A stretch of DNA of 61,744 bases, filler included, from Corallochytrium limacisporum Hawaii (lineage: Eukaryota; Protista; Pluriformea), in the NCBI GenBank assembly GCA_002811645.1. It is 4 parts of 4 records of this genome, joined end to end, with 100 filler letters (N's around TTAATTAATTAA, not from the genome) between each part and the next. Parts side by side here need not be neighbours in the genome. Positions count along the whole stretch, not along the records: positions 1 to 31,928 come from PDIP01000114.1; 3 more parts are not named here. One strand, 5' to 3'. The first letter of the stretch is position 1; every line of letters begins with the position of its first letter. The translations under genes and the position numbers were made by a program. Shown here in pieces: positions 11,651 through 22,942 of this stretch. Below the pieces are notes generated by a model. It did not search any database and had not been told where the DNA came from. It saw nothing but the letters and a program-made list of their open reading frames with translations.

Positions 11651-12559
11651 TTCGCACACACCCCACAAAAAAGTATATAAAAGGGTTCTACTCTCTCCCT
11701 ACAAAATAACCGACACGGTTGGACCGAAATGGCACACCACTACCCCAAATCCACCTCCCCCTTCGCTCAATTGTCTTCTCCTCCCCTCCTTTACCTTCTC
11801 CTCAACCTCCACCCCCCCCCCCCTACCCCCAAGGAGAGACCCCCGGGGCGAAAAGGGGGGAGGGGGGGCCAGGAGGGCAGGGTTGGTCGCTGGGTTTCGT
11901 TCCCGAAATCGTGACGAATTCGTGCTCGCTTGGCGGCGGTGCCCCCCTCCGGGGTTAAGGAAAAGGGGGGGGGGCCGGCTCCCTGTCCTTCCGCTTCGGC
12001 CCTTCCCCCTTCTGCGCTTCAAAAAATATCGGACACTTTGTCTCTCGGCCCTGGGCAAAAGGTTCAGGCGGGGCGGTGGTCTTCTGTCACCAAATGCGGT
12101 TCGGCAAAACTTGGCTCGATTTTATCTCGCGAACCCCGCCTTTTGGGCCGGGGAAGGGTTCCCACTCGCATACATGGGGCACCGGACGCGAGGCAAGGAC
12201 CAAGAGGATCAGCTGAAAATGACAGCCCATTTCTTTGTTGCCATGAACAGGTTTATGGAACTGATTATGGGCTTGTATTGATCATTTTGATCCCGTTAAT
12301 AAGAACAGATGGACGAATGAAACCTGGAGCGAGCAATAAGCGGCGGGCTACACCGAGGCCAAAGGGATTAAGCCGTTTGCATGACTGCTGCAACAAGCGC
12401 AATGCAACACTTAGATGGTACATGCGGAGCCGGCATCCCCGCTGAAGAGAGAGAGAGAGAGCGGACAAAGCGCTTCACAATGTGAAATTATCTCAGTTTT
12501 ACGAATGCATATACATGTGTGTGTGTATCTATATTGTATGACAGCGGATCGGGGCCCCT

Positions 12560-13963
12560 TTACAATAAGAGTTTCTTTAGAAGGAACAGAGCAGCAGTAG
12601 ACATGATCATGTGATACGGTGACAAGGGCGGCTGGAGATGCGCTCCCTCGTTCCTGGATGACACTGTGATTCCATTCGCCCTTGCAGCTGCGAGACTGAA
12701 CGCTTTGGCCATGTGTACGTGATCTGCCTTACCGTCGCCATCCGCAGTTGCATCCAAGGGCCTGATCGATGTTTGGTCGATAATGTCTACAATGTCCTGC
12801 GGAGTGGCCTCTGGCTCCCATTGAAGTATCTGTGCTGCGACACCCGCCACGAATGCGGCCGCCATCGAAGTGCCGGACTTCTTGTTGAATGATCCGGGTG
12901 TGTACGGCGTCGTCGGAGGGTCTCCCTGCGACGTATAGATCTCCTCTCCGGGGGCCCAAACATCGACACAGGACCCGCTGTTGCTGAAGAAGGCCTTTTT
13001 TCCATTCCTGCCCAGAGCACCGACCGTCAGAACACTTGAGAGTCCAGCTGGTTGAATCTCCCGGCACATATCCTTCTCGTCGTAGTCTTCGTCGGAGATA
13101 ATGTTTCCCGCAGCGGCAATCACGGGGATGTTTTCACGGAATAGACGCTCGTACGCGTCCTCCGCCGCACGTGTTTTTACGGCACCCATGGTCACTAATA
13201 ATACCGCTGGTTTCTGTGCATTTCCTAGTAGCCAGTCCAAACCGGCAAGGGCCATGCCACCCAGTCCCTGTCCTTTGTCACATTCATAGGCCATGACTTT
13301 AATGCTGTGTATCACAGCATTCTTGGCCACTCCAACAGTGGTACCTGCCACTGCTCCAGCCACCGATGTGCCGTGTCCGTTGCAGTCTACGTCGCTGGAG
13401 ACGGTCAGTGGTGAAAACCCTTCCCCACGCCGCCCCTGGAATTCGGAATGGTACCCATCTACACCAGAATCCAGGACATATACGTGTACTCCAGCGCCAT
13501 CCAAGTCATAAGAATACTGATCGTCCACTATTCCATCAATGACATCGAGTCCCCAGGACTGTGGTGCAATTTGTAAATTTGGACTTCCTTCCGGACTGTT
13601 TGAAAAGTATTGGTATTGTTTGGTTCCGACGTCGGACTCTATCCGTACAACGTCGGGATGGTCCCGTATGTAGTTCAGTTGGTCCTCTCCGTCTAGCACC
13701 ACCGCAAACCCTACAAACAAATGTTCATAAGTAGCGTAAGGTACAACGTCCAGTTCTACCAAAACTCTGTCAAGGTCAGCGGCGCGCAACGTACTGGCCA
13801 GGATACACACATAGTGATTGGCTTTTCCGCCCTGCTCGCTACTGATGGTTATAAGAGTGGCTCGGCCACTGCTGTTATGTTTACTGTAAGCTGAAGTGGC
13901 CAACAAGACCAAACACAGTCCGACCAACGCCAGACTTCTGAGTAGTCTTGGATTCCCGTACAT
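12560..13963 (-). CDS. Subtilisin-like serine protease (S8A, proteinase K type) with signal peptide and I9 propeptide
   Basis: Catalytic triad motifs VYVLDSG, NGHGT and SGTSMA, oxyanion AAGN, SWGLDVID mature N-terminus, hydrophobic C-terminal tail. Confidence 0.93.
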   Translation of the reverse strand: MYGNPRLLRSLALVGLCLVLLATSAYSKHNSSGRATLITISSEQGGKANHYVCILASTLRAADLDRVLVELDVVPYATYEHLFVGFAVVLDGEDQLNYIRDHPDVVRIESDVGTKQYQYFSNSPEGSPNLQIAPQSWGLDVIDGIVDDQYSYDLDGAGVHVYVLDSGVDGYHSEFQGRRGEGFSPLTVSSDVDCNGHGTSVAGAVAGTTVGVAKNAVIHSIKVMAYECDKGQGLGGMALAGLDWLLGNAQKPAVLLVTMGAVKTRAAEDAYERLFRENIPVIAAAGNIISDEDYDEKDMCREIQPAGLSSVLTVGALGRNGKKAFFSNSGSCVDVWAPGEEIYTSQGDPPTTPYTPGSFNKKSGTSMAAAFVAGVAAQILQWEPEATPQDIVDIIDQTSIRPLDATADGDGKADHVHMAKAFSLAAARANGITVSSRNEGAHLQPPLSPYHMIMSTAALFLLKKLLL

Positions 13964-14611
13964 AACTGTCTGTTCTTAGTTACGGTCTCTAAGATCCCCA
14001 CTATCCCGGCATTGTTTCGGGACAAATGATTTTAACAATTAGTTCTATTTCTCAGCCATAAATCATTTACATGGTTGCAACCTATTTACAATATTTCCGG
14101 AAGCTTAAACTATTTCTCCACTGTGACCCCGGGTTTCACGAGTCTTGAGACCTACGGGACAATTCCTTGGGAACTCTGGCCATGCATCTGCGATTGTCAA
14201 CTCTTAGCGTCCAAATACCTCTGTATTGTTCAGGATGGGAATATAACCAAGAGCAGCCTCACAAACGGGAACACTGAAAGCTCTCCTGTGAACGTTCCAT
14301 CCAATTCCTGCTTTGTCCTTGTTCTTAGTAATTTTCAAAAGTGGGTTGCTCAGTCCCGTTGAGCACTGTCACCTTAAGTCGACGCGAGTCTGCACTTCAT
14401 GCTCACTTGTGTGCGTGCACTGTGGAACACACTCCTTAACGGTCGGTACACATCCGCCTTGAACCACCGCCCGCCCCCTCCCCTCACTCCCTGATTCGGG
14501 TCTGACACCACGGACCTCCGTTGCATAAAGAAACAATGGGAAAATGAGGGCCCCAACGAAACAAAGAACGACGCGTTACCACCACCACTCCCCCACCCGA
14601 GAGAGCAGGCA

Positions 14612-14614
14612 GTG

Positions 14615-14645
<31 letters not shown>
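14612..14645. repeat. Compound (GT)n(AG)n microsatellite
   Basis: Direct inspection. Confidence 0.9.
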
Positions 14646-17600
14646 CAGCGTGACAGCAAAAAAAAAGGAAGAAGAAAAAGAAAAAAAAAAGGAAAAATAG
14701 AGGGTCGTCCACAAGGAGCAACTCTCTAGGTACAAAACGTACGCAACAACTTTCCGCAGGCGTGTTTCTTTTTTTTTTCAAAATGCCCAAGGCGGGGCGG
14801 ACCAAAGTGAGAATAACCTTCCTGGAGTTTTCCCCAAAAAAAAATTATGTGAGAATAATCATCGAGCCCCCCCCCCTCCACCCCCGGGGAGCTCTCTCGC
14901 TCTCGCTTTCTTTCTTTCCATATTAGCGCGTTCCTACGTTGGTGATGGTCAGCAAGCCTGTTGGAACGACAAAAAAAAAGAAAAAGAAACGTCCTTGGTC
15001 TCTTCGTTTCTTTCTTGTGGCTCATTCATTCTCTCTCTCTCTCTCTCTGAATTCCAGTGGCCTTTGTCGCTGTATACTTCCGCCTTTTTCTCCTTTTTTT
15101 TTTGGTTTCTTGCGCTTCCTGGACTCCACTACCATTCACATCAACCCACCGTACCAACCGAGGCGCACCACCAATGCCAACCATCAGAAAGAGTTCTTTG
15201 CGTGTACTTTTACTATTCATTCTTTTGTATTTTTTTGGGTGTCCTTTTTGTGGATCTTATTCTTCTCCTTTCTCTCTTTTTTTTTCTGAAGGAGGGGAGG
15301 GTGTTCTTGGGGCAGTGAAGGAAGATCGTCCCAATTTTTATTCCCCCAAACTCCCGCCCCCCCCCCCCCTTCCCGTCTCACGGGCTCCCTTCCTTCCCCC
15401 CCGCAGCGGAGAGGGAGAAGCAAGGAAGGAAGGAAAGGGGGGGGGGAGGGACCGTGCTTTCCCCTTCCCAGCAGGACCCGACCGCAGTCTCAAAGATCCC
15501 CAACCAACCAACTCCTCTCCAGGGGGGGCGCCCCCTGGTTCGTGAAGACAGATCAGTACTGAAACACCTGGTGAGACCAGGAGGAAACGGAAGGACGCAA
15601 GAATTCGAACGAGGGGGGAGGGGCCAGCCGAACCAATCAGGATGCGTCGTCACCAGCGCGGCGTCGACACTCTACAGAGGTTGCGGGCAGAATCGAAAGT
15701 ATCGCCCAGTTCTTCCAGTACATAATGTAGTCAAATCAAGAATGCTGAATCTGAGTTATCTATCGGTCCCAGCCGGGATACAGGAACGCGATCTTGGGCT
15801 CGAGAGGGATCGTCGGTTTCGGGCACGTGTTGTTTACAGGTCCTGTATCTCGCTAGAAATCTAGTCCCATTCCTAATTATCCACTGTTTCTGCCGTCACT
15901 GTGTAATACGATGTCGTCGGAGAATATTGCCCTTCCAGCTATTTCTCGACACATCGGGTTGTTCAACTCACGTTCTCCCTAAATTTCATTATCTTTGTCC
16001 ATTCTCCCTAAAAACTAAAACGCAATACTTATTGTGCCCCAAAATGTCTTTGGTTATACTTTGTTTCGCTTCTCCACAAAATGTTTACCTGTTTTTCTCT
16101 TTTCTGTTCTGACTCATTTGGTTGCTGGCCGTATGGGGACAGACCTGCCCGCCCGTCTAATCGTCCTCCATCCGAACCGCAGAAAGTTTTCTACGTAAAA
16201 CAGACCCACCAAATGGAGAACAGTGGACATCAATATTACACCAAAGACGCAAAAGGGAGGACAGGAGGGGAGGGAGGGGTGGTGTAACCGAAAGGGAAGC
16301 TTACACCAACAACAAAAAACCTACCTTCCTTCGGGGCGAGACCGGGGAGCCCGGGAAGAAGAGAGACGGGGGAGGGGGGGGGGGGGTAAAGACACAAATC
16401 AAAAAAAAAAAAACCACTGAAAAAAGGTAAGGTGCTCTGTGGTGTTGTGCAACAGTGGGCGGTGGGCCAACTCTCGGGACCAAGCCAAGCCAGAACTTGG
16501 TTGTTAGAAAAGCAAAAGCAAAGACAAGCAAAGCGAAAAAAGAAAAGAAAGAAAGAAAAGAACATGGACAAGTGCTGCAGCCCCAAACCTCCTTTCCCAA
16601 TCGTCAAATAGCAGTCCTCCCCCCTCCTCCTCCCCGGGGGTTCTGCGGTGGCACTTCCGGTGCGGCGACGCCCACACCAGCCCTTCTTCGTTTCCCTTCC
16701 GTTCTCTCCGGGCCAACACGGAACAATGAACAAAAGAAATGAAAAACGGCAAAAATCTAAATTGAAAAAAAAGGGGAGAGAATGGACAGGCGGACAAGAG
16801 AGATAAAACGGGGAGAGAATAATGAGAAACAAAATACCATCTTTTTTTCATGGGCCCAAAATACCTTTGCCCGATACTCATAAGCAGCGGAAGTCGAGGC
16901 GGTTCGCAGTGGGCCGGCGGGACTCGCAAGGGAAGAAGAAGGGGTCCCCCACCCCGGCCCCCCCCCGGGGGGGAGGGGGGTTAAGTAGGGTAAATGGTCC
17001 GACCCGCCCACCTACCCCCGGGGGGGGGGGGGAGAGAGGAAGGAATCAAATCTCCGAAGGAAGTAAGCAGTGGCTGAGTCTACCTTTCGGGACAAGACAA
17101 AGGAAACAATATATATATACTACACAAGGGAGACGAAAAGAAGTAAAAAGTAAAAAAGGGAGGAAGAAGGGAGAATTGTTGTGTTGTCGTCCGTGGTAAA
17201 GTTTCTCCATCGTCGGGCGTAGCTGTATGTGCCTTTCGGTAGCGAAATACCGAAAAGGCCAAATGGCCGTTCTCGTACCCAAGGCAAGAATAGCCGGGGG
17301 CCGCCCGGGAGTTTTCTCAAACGCAAGCCCACCTCCAGAGATCTTACGGTCACGTACTGCCCGCTAAACTAGCAGGTAATACATAGATATGTGGATTACC
17401 ATTTTCTATTCTTAGTATATTCATTATACAAAGACCATGGAATAGACTGCATCGGACCTATCAATGAACCTGTTTGCCCCCGTTTGGGTAAATTAGGCGC
17501 CCAATCTTGCGCAAGTCTAGGACCTGATATGATACCCAGGCTACTTGGGAAAATCAAGAAAGTTTAGAGCATCGGTGCGTGTGGCACACGAGACCCCCCT

Positions 17601-18445
17601 CAGCAACCACAGGTCTCTATATTTCATGTACTGAAAAAAGTTATGGAGAGGAACGAGCACACCGCCCTCGCGTGACCTGGGAGGTGTAACGCCTCGCATC
17701 GCATGCCCCTGCCTACTTTCCCATCCGTTCCCATACGTTCACTATTGAACCAGGGTTAAGTCCGCTGTTTCATTTAACGTTTCCTTCTTTATTCTTACTT
17801 GATTTCTCTCCTCTTTCCATGGTGACCAGATGCACCGCAGACCCTTGAACTATGAAAACATTCATGGCTAACTTTATAGAAATTCTCCCTGGCAGTGTGC
17901 GGAAGAAAATCTACGGATCACATGATGAAATCGTCCACTGTTCAAGCAGCGATGTGCGCGGCGGCATCGCTCGCTCGGTCCTCACAAACAAAACAAGGCA
18001 AAAACTGGCGCCAGTCTTCTTGGTTGAGTTTTGCTAATAAATGTATCAGAACCCGTGCCCAGTTGGAAAAGAAGAAAAGGGCCCAAGAACACAAAGCAGG
18101 GCCATAAAAGGAGCTGTGAGTTTCTTCTTTGGCCAGGCGTCCCCCTTCCTCGCCCGCTGTTTTCTTTTTCGCTGCCACCTCGCGTGCCTTTCCCCTAATT
18201 TCTCACACACATATACTATAAATAACGACTTCTCCTTTCCCCGTTTCCTCCGCTTGGGGGGGGGGGTTGGGAGGCGCCGAGGGAACAGATATTGCGTTCT
18301 TATGAGAAAGGGGGGGGGAGGGGAATACAATTTTCTTGCTGAGATCTTTCGACCTCCCCCTCCTTTTCCGATGTGTGGAAATCGTATTTTGCGTTCCAGG
18401 GTATATCCTCCGCTATGGTTCCCCACGGCCAGAGATGATGTTGTG

Positions 18446-18852
18446 ACCCCATTCTACGGGTTATTATGGTCGTGTGTGGTGCTTCAGCTAATGGCAGTTC
18501 AACATCATCATCAGCATGTTTGATGAAGATGTCTAGATCGAGGAATCAATAGTCAGGGGCACAAGTCAAACTTTAAGCGATGATCAACCACTGTCTTATT
18601 CCGCGCACCCTCATTTAGATGAGGTCCGTGAAACTAGCGCCTGGTTTTTTTGCCACGCATTTGCAACGACACAGGGCTGCGGTCAACCAAATTAATCATC
18701 ACTTTGACAGCGTTTGGAGATGCAAGATACACCGGCGAAGCAGGGGTATTGCTCCCACCCGTACAGCATACAGGTGCAAGACCTGCGGAAATGGGGACCT
18801 GCACAAAAAGAGTCGCACTTCTGAACAGTCATGTCTGGGGGTTTGGTGCTGA
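18446..18852 (+). mobile_element. Possible degraded piggyBac-type transposase C-terminus (relic)
   Basis: RCKIH..RTAYRCKTCG..L..SCLGVW resembles the piggyBac C-terminal cysteine-rich domain. PFYGLL lies upstream in another frame. No intact ORF or terminal inverted repeats were found. Confidence 0.22.
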
Positions 18853-21616
18853 GAAAGTAAGGGGGTCAGGACCGGATAGCGTAATAACTTGAGTTTCATG
18901 TCGCAGCCACGCACGAGGACACCAGATAATGTGGGTGCAAAGCAACCAACAACAGCCAGCACTCCCTCGCTGAAAAGACAAAAACGTCGGGACGCTTCAG
19001 ATGTCGCACATGTTTCGCGTATGCTGCACACACAGCTCTCTGCGCAATTGGCAAATGCCACACGCTCCCATCGCAGGAATGCGCACAGACAGCGGCAACG
19101 AATGCGAAAAATTCGGCAAAGCAAGCCGGGAGAACAAAACTGTCACCTTCAATATGGGGTCAATCAGTGGTGTCCGACTATGCTCCCTATCGTCAGGATA
19201 AGTACTAATTCGGTACCAAAGCAGGGAATCCATCAGGGAACGTGGAGAAGAAAGAGGAGAGGGGGGGGGGGCACAGGCCGTGGAGAGGGCGAGGTGGGGG
19301 TTTGTTTCCGAGCTGGAAAGTTGACAGAAGGCTGAGTCCGTTGTGCCGTGGTCAATACATTGACAAACCAAGGCGAAAAGGGACCGGAAACTAATCAATA
19401 ACAACGCCCACTCAGTCTCCTTTCTGGTTGTCAGAAGTCCGTCTGGGATTGCATGCGACGTTTCGAGGGGAAAACAGCCCCCAGTTCCCTGAGGAAACAT
19501 CGGGAGTCAATTTCCAAATCTCATCAATATAAGGGTCTACGTAGATTTTATTCCGGGCTGTAAAATAAGAACCGAATGTACTGGTGTGTCGTAGGGGCCT
19601 AATTTTAAGTTTCGATACAGATCCCAAAATCCAAGAGGGGGAGGCGAGGTTGTTTTAGTTTTACCTTCGTGGCAATCCAAGCCCTCGGTATGGGGGAATG
19701 GGAGGAGAGTCACGGGAGTACGTGGTTGGTAGTCGTTCTATGGAAAGAAGGGTATGTTTCAGCGCTGTTCCTTTTCAATGTAGCTGCATATGCGAAAATT
19801 ATGGGTCAAAATTTCCATAGAAAATGTATTGATGGTGATGCCACAACTACGATATTCTTCATATCTAATCTTTCCTGTGAAAATCCTTGGCCTCGGGTCG
19901 GTCGTTCAGTATAGATTAGTTACCAAATGGGAAACCCTCGCCCAGGACGCGTTCATGCCTCACATCTACTGGGGTTCGGAATGAGACGCATTCTGATCAA
20001 CCACACTGTACTAGCCTGCCACTACACCAATGACATGGGATTGATCACCATGGACATTACTTTAGCGACCATCATCACCATATGCGGTGACAGAGCAACA
20101 TGAAGAAAACTTTACTTCCTTTTCCATGGCCCGTCCCTGTCGGGCAAAGTACAGAGGAAGCGTGACATCATGGGATATTCCATACGCTGTGCTTCTTACA
20201 TCTGCAGAGAAGTATAGCTTGATATAACATGAACACTCAAATTAGGACGAAGGTTTTCTTCCAACCCAGCCGTACAGAGCTTTGGATGTTCACAGCATGT
20301 CTCGCACAGCGACGACACGTCACCTATGCGAACTGGGGCGAACTAAGTGTTTTGCCCTGCTACCGTGTCCCACCACCCCACGCGAAAAAGCGTACATAAT
20401 ACCCTTTGATACATATGTATTTCCTCGAACCACGGTGGTTGGGTACTTGAAGAAGTTGAAAATGGACAAGGGAGTGCTCAATACCGGCACACATTGATGG
20501 ATAACGACCACATCGTGATGGCGATGTGAGGTCAAACTCGGACGGGGAAGGCTCTTGGAGCTAGGAAGAGAACGAAACGGTGGGATGGTGCGGCGCTGCC
20601 GACCATCATGAGACACAAGGTTCGCTTGAGCACCCGCCCTCTGCCCACCTCTCGGGCTGGGCATTTTACTATTGGGAAAGTTACATTTGCGGCTGGCTGC
20701 CAAGGGGGGGGAAATAGGAGGCTGAGGAAAGTCCGGAATGGGGTAAAGTGATATTTTTTTTTTTTTTTGGCGGGTGGAAGGTTGTTAATTGTTCTCCGAT
20801 TGTTTTCATCTGGCCTGTTCCTTGTACGGAGCCTGTGACAGTCCAGTTAGTGTCGGATGATGTGTCAGCTCGGTGTCCGCACGCTGCTGCATCAGCTCGG
20901 GGCAGAGAGTTTGAAGCATATGTAGGCAGGATACGCGATTAGCATCGCACTCCAAGCCATTTTAAGTTCTTATCTCGTCTGTGTGCAGCGACGAACGCTG
21001 AAAGGGGGGGGGCCGCGGGACGGTTGCTGACTCGTGATTTGTATGACCTCACGGCGAGAGAGCTGCACACAGCCCATTGCGTAGAGATTCACTCAATGCA
21101 GTGGAAACAGTTGTGGGTAGAATGGGAGGAACGAGAGAAGCGGCAGGCAGAGATCTAACATCCTGCGGCAAAAGGTCGGCGGAAACAACAGTGGCTGGCT
21201 ACAGGGAATTGAATCCGCCACAAAACAGAGTGGCCTACCATTTCGGCAGGTCGCCCTGTAAAATCCCGTGGCTTTTCGTATTAATCAATTGGGTCTTGGT
21301 TGGATGCTCAGGAGCGCCACAGCTGCCCCACCCTTTTTTGTTTCTTTTGGGTTGCGCCCCGGGGGGACGAGCGAGCGCCCTTCCGCCACCCCTCAGTGGG
21401 TTTGACACCATTGGCACGATCCGCTTTGCTCTCCTGCACTTTTTCTAGATCTGCATGGAAGAATTTACTGTCAGCATCCCCACTTTCATCACCGTCAGTC
21501 CATCCAATCTGATCGCGAGATGGTATTTAAGAGACTCCCATAGGCTCCGTCTACCTGGACACCATCCACCTAAGAAGGACCAGTGTGATATCTTGAAGTA
21601 TATGCTGTGGTACGCC

Positions 21617-22315
21617 ATGTCTGAACAATTCGGTCTCCAGAATCCGAAGATGCGGGTGCGCAAGGCAGAGCTGAAGGATCTAGACTGCGTGGTGGACTGT
21701 GTCTTCGAGGCCGGTGAGCATTTCTGGAGGGCGGCCTATCGTAGCTTTGACGATGAAAAGCTCAAGATTATGATCCGCCACTATGCGCAAGTCAAGGGAT
21801 CTATAATCGACATCAATTGCTGTGATGTCGCTGTCGATAAGGAAACCGATGAGGCATTGGCAGCCCTCCTCCACTTCCCAGCAAAAGAATTGAAAGCAAG
21901 GGAGAAGGCCCTCCAGAAGGACATGCGCGTCGTCATCAAGACCATGGGCTTTCTTAAGTTCCTCCGCATACTCCTTACTGTTGCCGGCTTCAGTAGCCCT
22001 AGTGACAATATAAAGAGGCCCGAGAAAGATGACTACTACATTATGATCTTTGCTTGTAGCCCCAAGCACCAAGGACGCGGAGCCGGCAGCTTCCTCATCC
22101 AGTACGCGCGCAAGGTAGCAGAGGCCAGCGGTCACCCTGCATGCACACTGCACGTGGAAGACTACCATCAGCACGCCATGTATCTGTACCGCAAGATTGG
22201 CCTTGAAGTCGACTTTGAGGTTGACCAGAGCAAGAAGTGGTCCAAATACGAAATCGGTAAAGTCTACCGCATGCGATGCGAACTGGAGAACAACCAGGCA
22301 GCTCCAGGGGCCTGA
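21617..22315 (+). CDS. GNAT-family N-acetyltransferase
   Basis: MRVRKAELKD start, acetyl-CoA motif A (ACSPKHQGRGAGSFLI) and AMYLYRKIG. Start chosen at MSEQF; the ORF is open to 21455. Confidence 0.85.
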   Translation: MSEQFGLQNPKMRVRKAELKDLDCVVDCVFEAGEHFWRAAYRSFDDEKLKIMIRHYAQVKGSIIDINCCDVAVDKETDEALAALLHFPAKELKAREKALQKDMRVVIKTMGFLKFLRILLTVAGFSSPSDNIKRPEKDDYYIMIFACSPKHQGRGAGSFLIQYARKVAEASGHPACTLHVEDYHQHAMYLYRKIGLEVDFEVDQSKKWSKYEIGKVYRMRCELENNQAAPGA

Positions 22316-22942
22316 GCCAGGTTTATCAATTATCCATAGTTTTGCATGCCATCCTCGCCATCATTTAATAAAAATTACATACTGAAACGATCTACATTGA
22401 TATTGAAACGTCATGGTCCAGAATACATACAGGTTTTGTAGAATGGGAGTCTCGTCGGCGTTCCTTGTCATCTGTCCACCCCTGAAACCCCGCACGGCTA
22501 CGAGTCCCTCGGAGGGAAGCGCGAATCCGTTTGTGCGGGTTGACAGTGCTGATTGGGAGTCTATTTTCGCGTACCTCTTTGACGACCCCCGGGTCTGAGC
22601 CGGGTGTAGCTCAGGATCGTCGACGGTGCACGACCGCGCGAAAGATGTGAAGAGGGGGAGGGGAGGAGGGGGGGGGGTTCTCGAAAATTTCTCGACTTCA
22701 GAAGCTGTCGGGTACGGATGGAAAGCAGGGTGGCGGAGACCCCGGTACGGAAAACAGTTGCCGCACAGGGTACGTGAAGACGACTAGTATACTTTCTGAT
22801 TACTTTACTATGCTTGCCATTGCATGATTGACATATGTCCCTCAATGTAAGCGGGATATGGACTATGTGATGCCTGTCTAAGGTCACAGACACGATGTGA
22901 TCACAGTAGTTTTCCTCCTTGTGGGTCAATGATCGCATAGCC

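Noticed and set aside
14374-17353. Many F/K/P/G-rich ORFs in the low-complexity islands
   Set aside because: They are translations of homopolymer runs with no coding signal.
22598-22690. tRNA-like start GCCGGGTGTAGCTCAG
   Set aside because: No anticodon arm, T-loop (TTCGA) or acceptor-stem complement follows.
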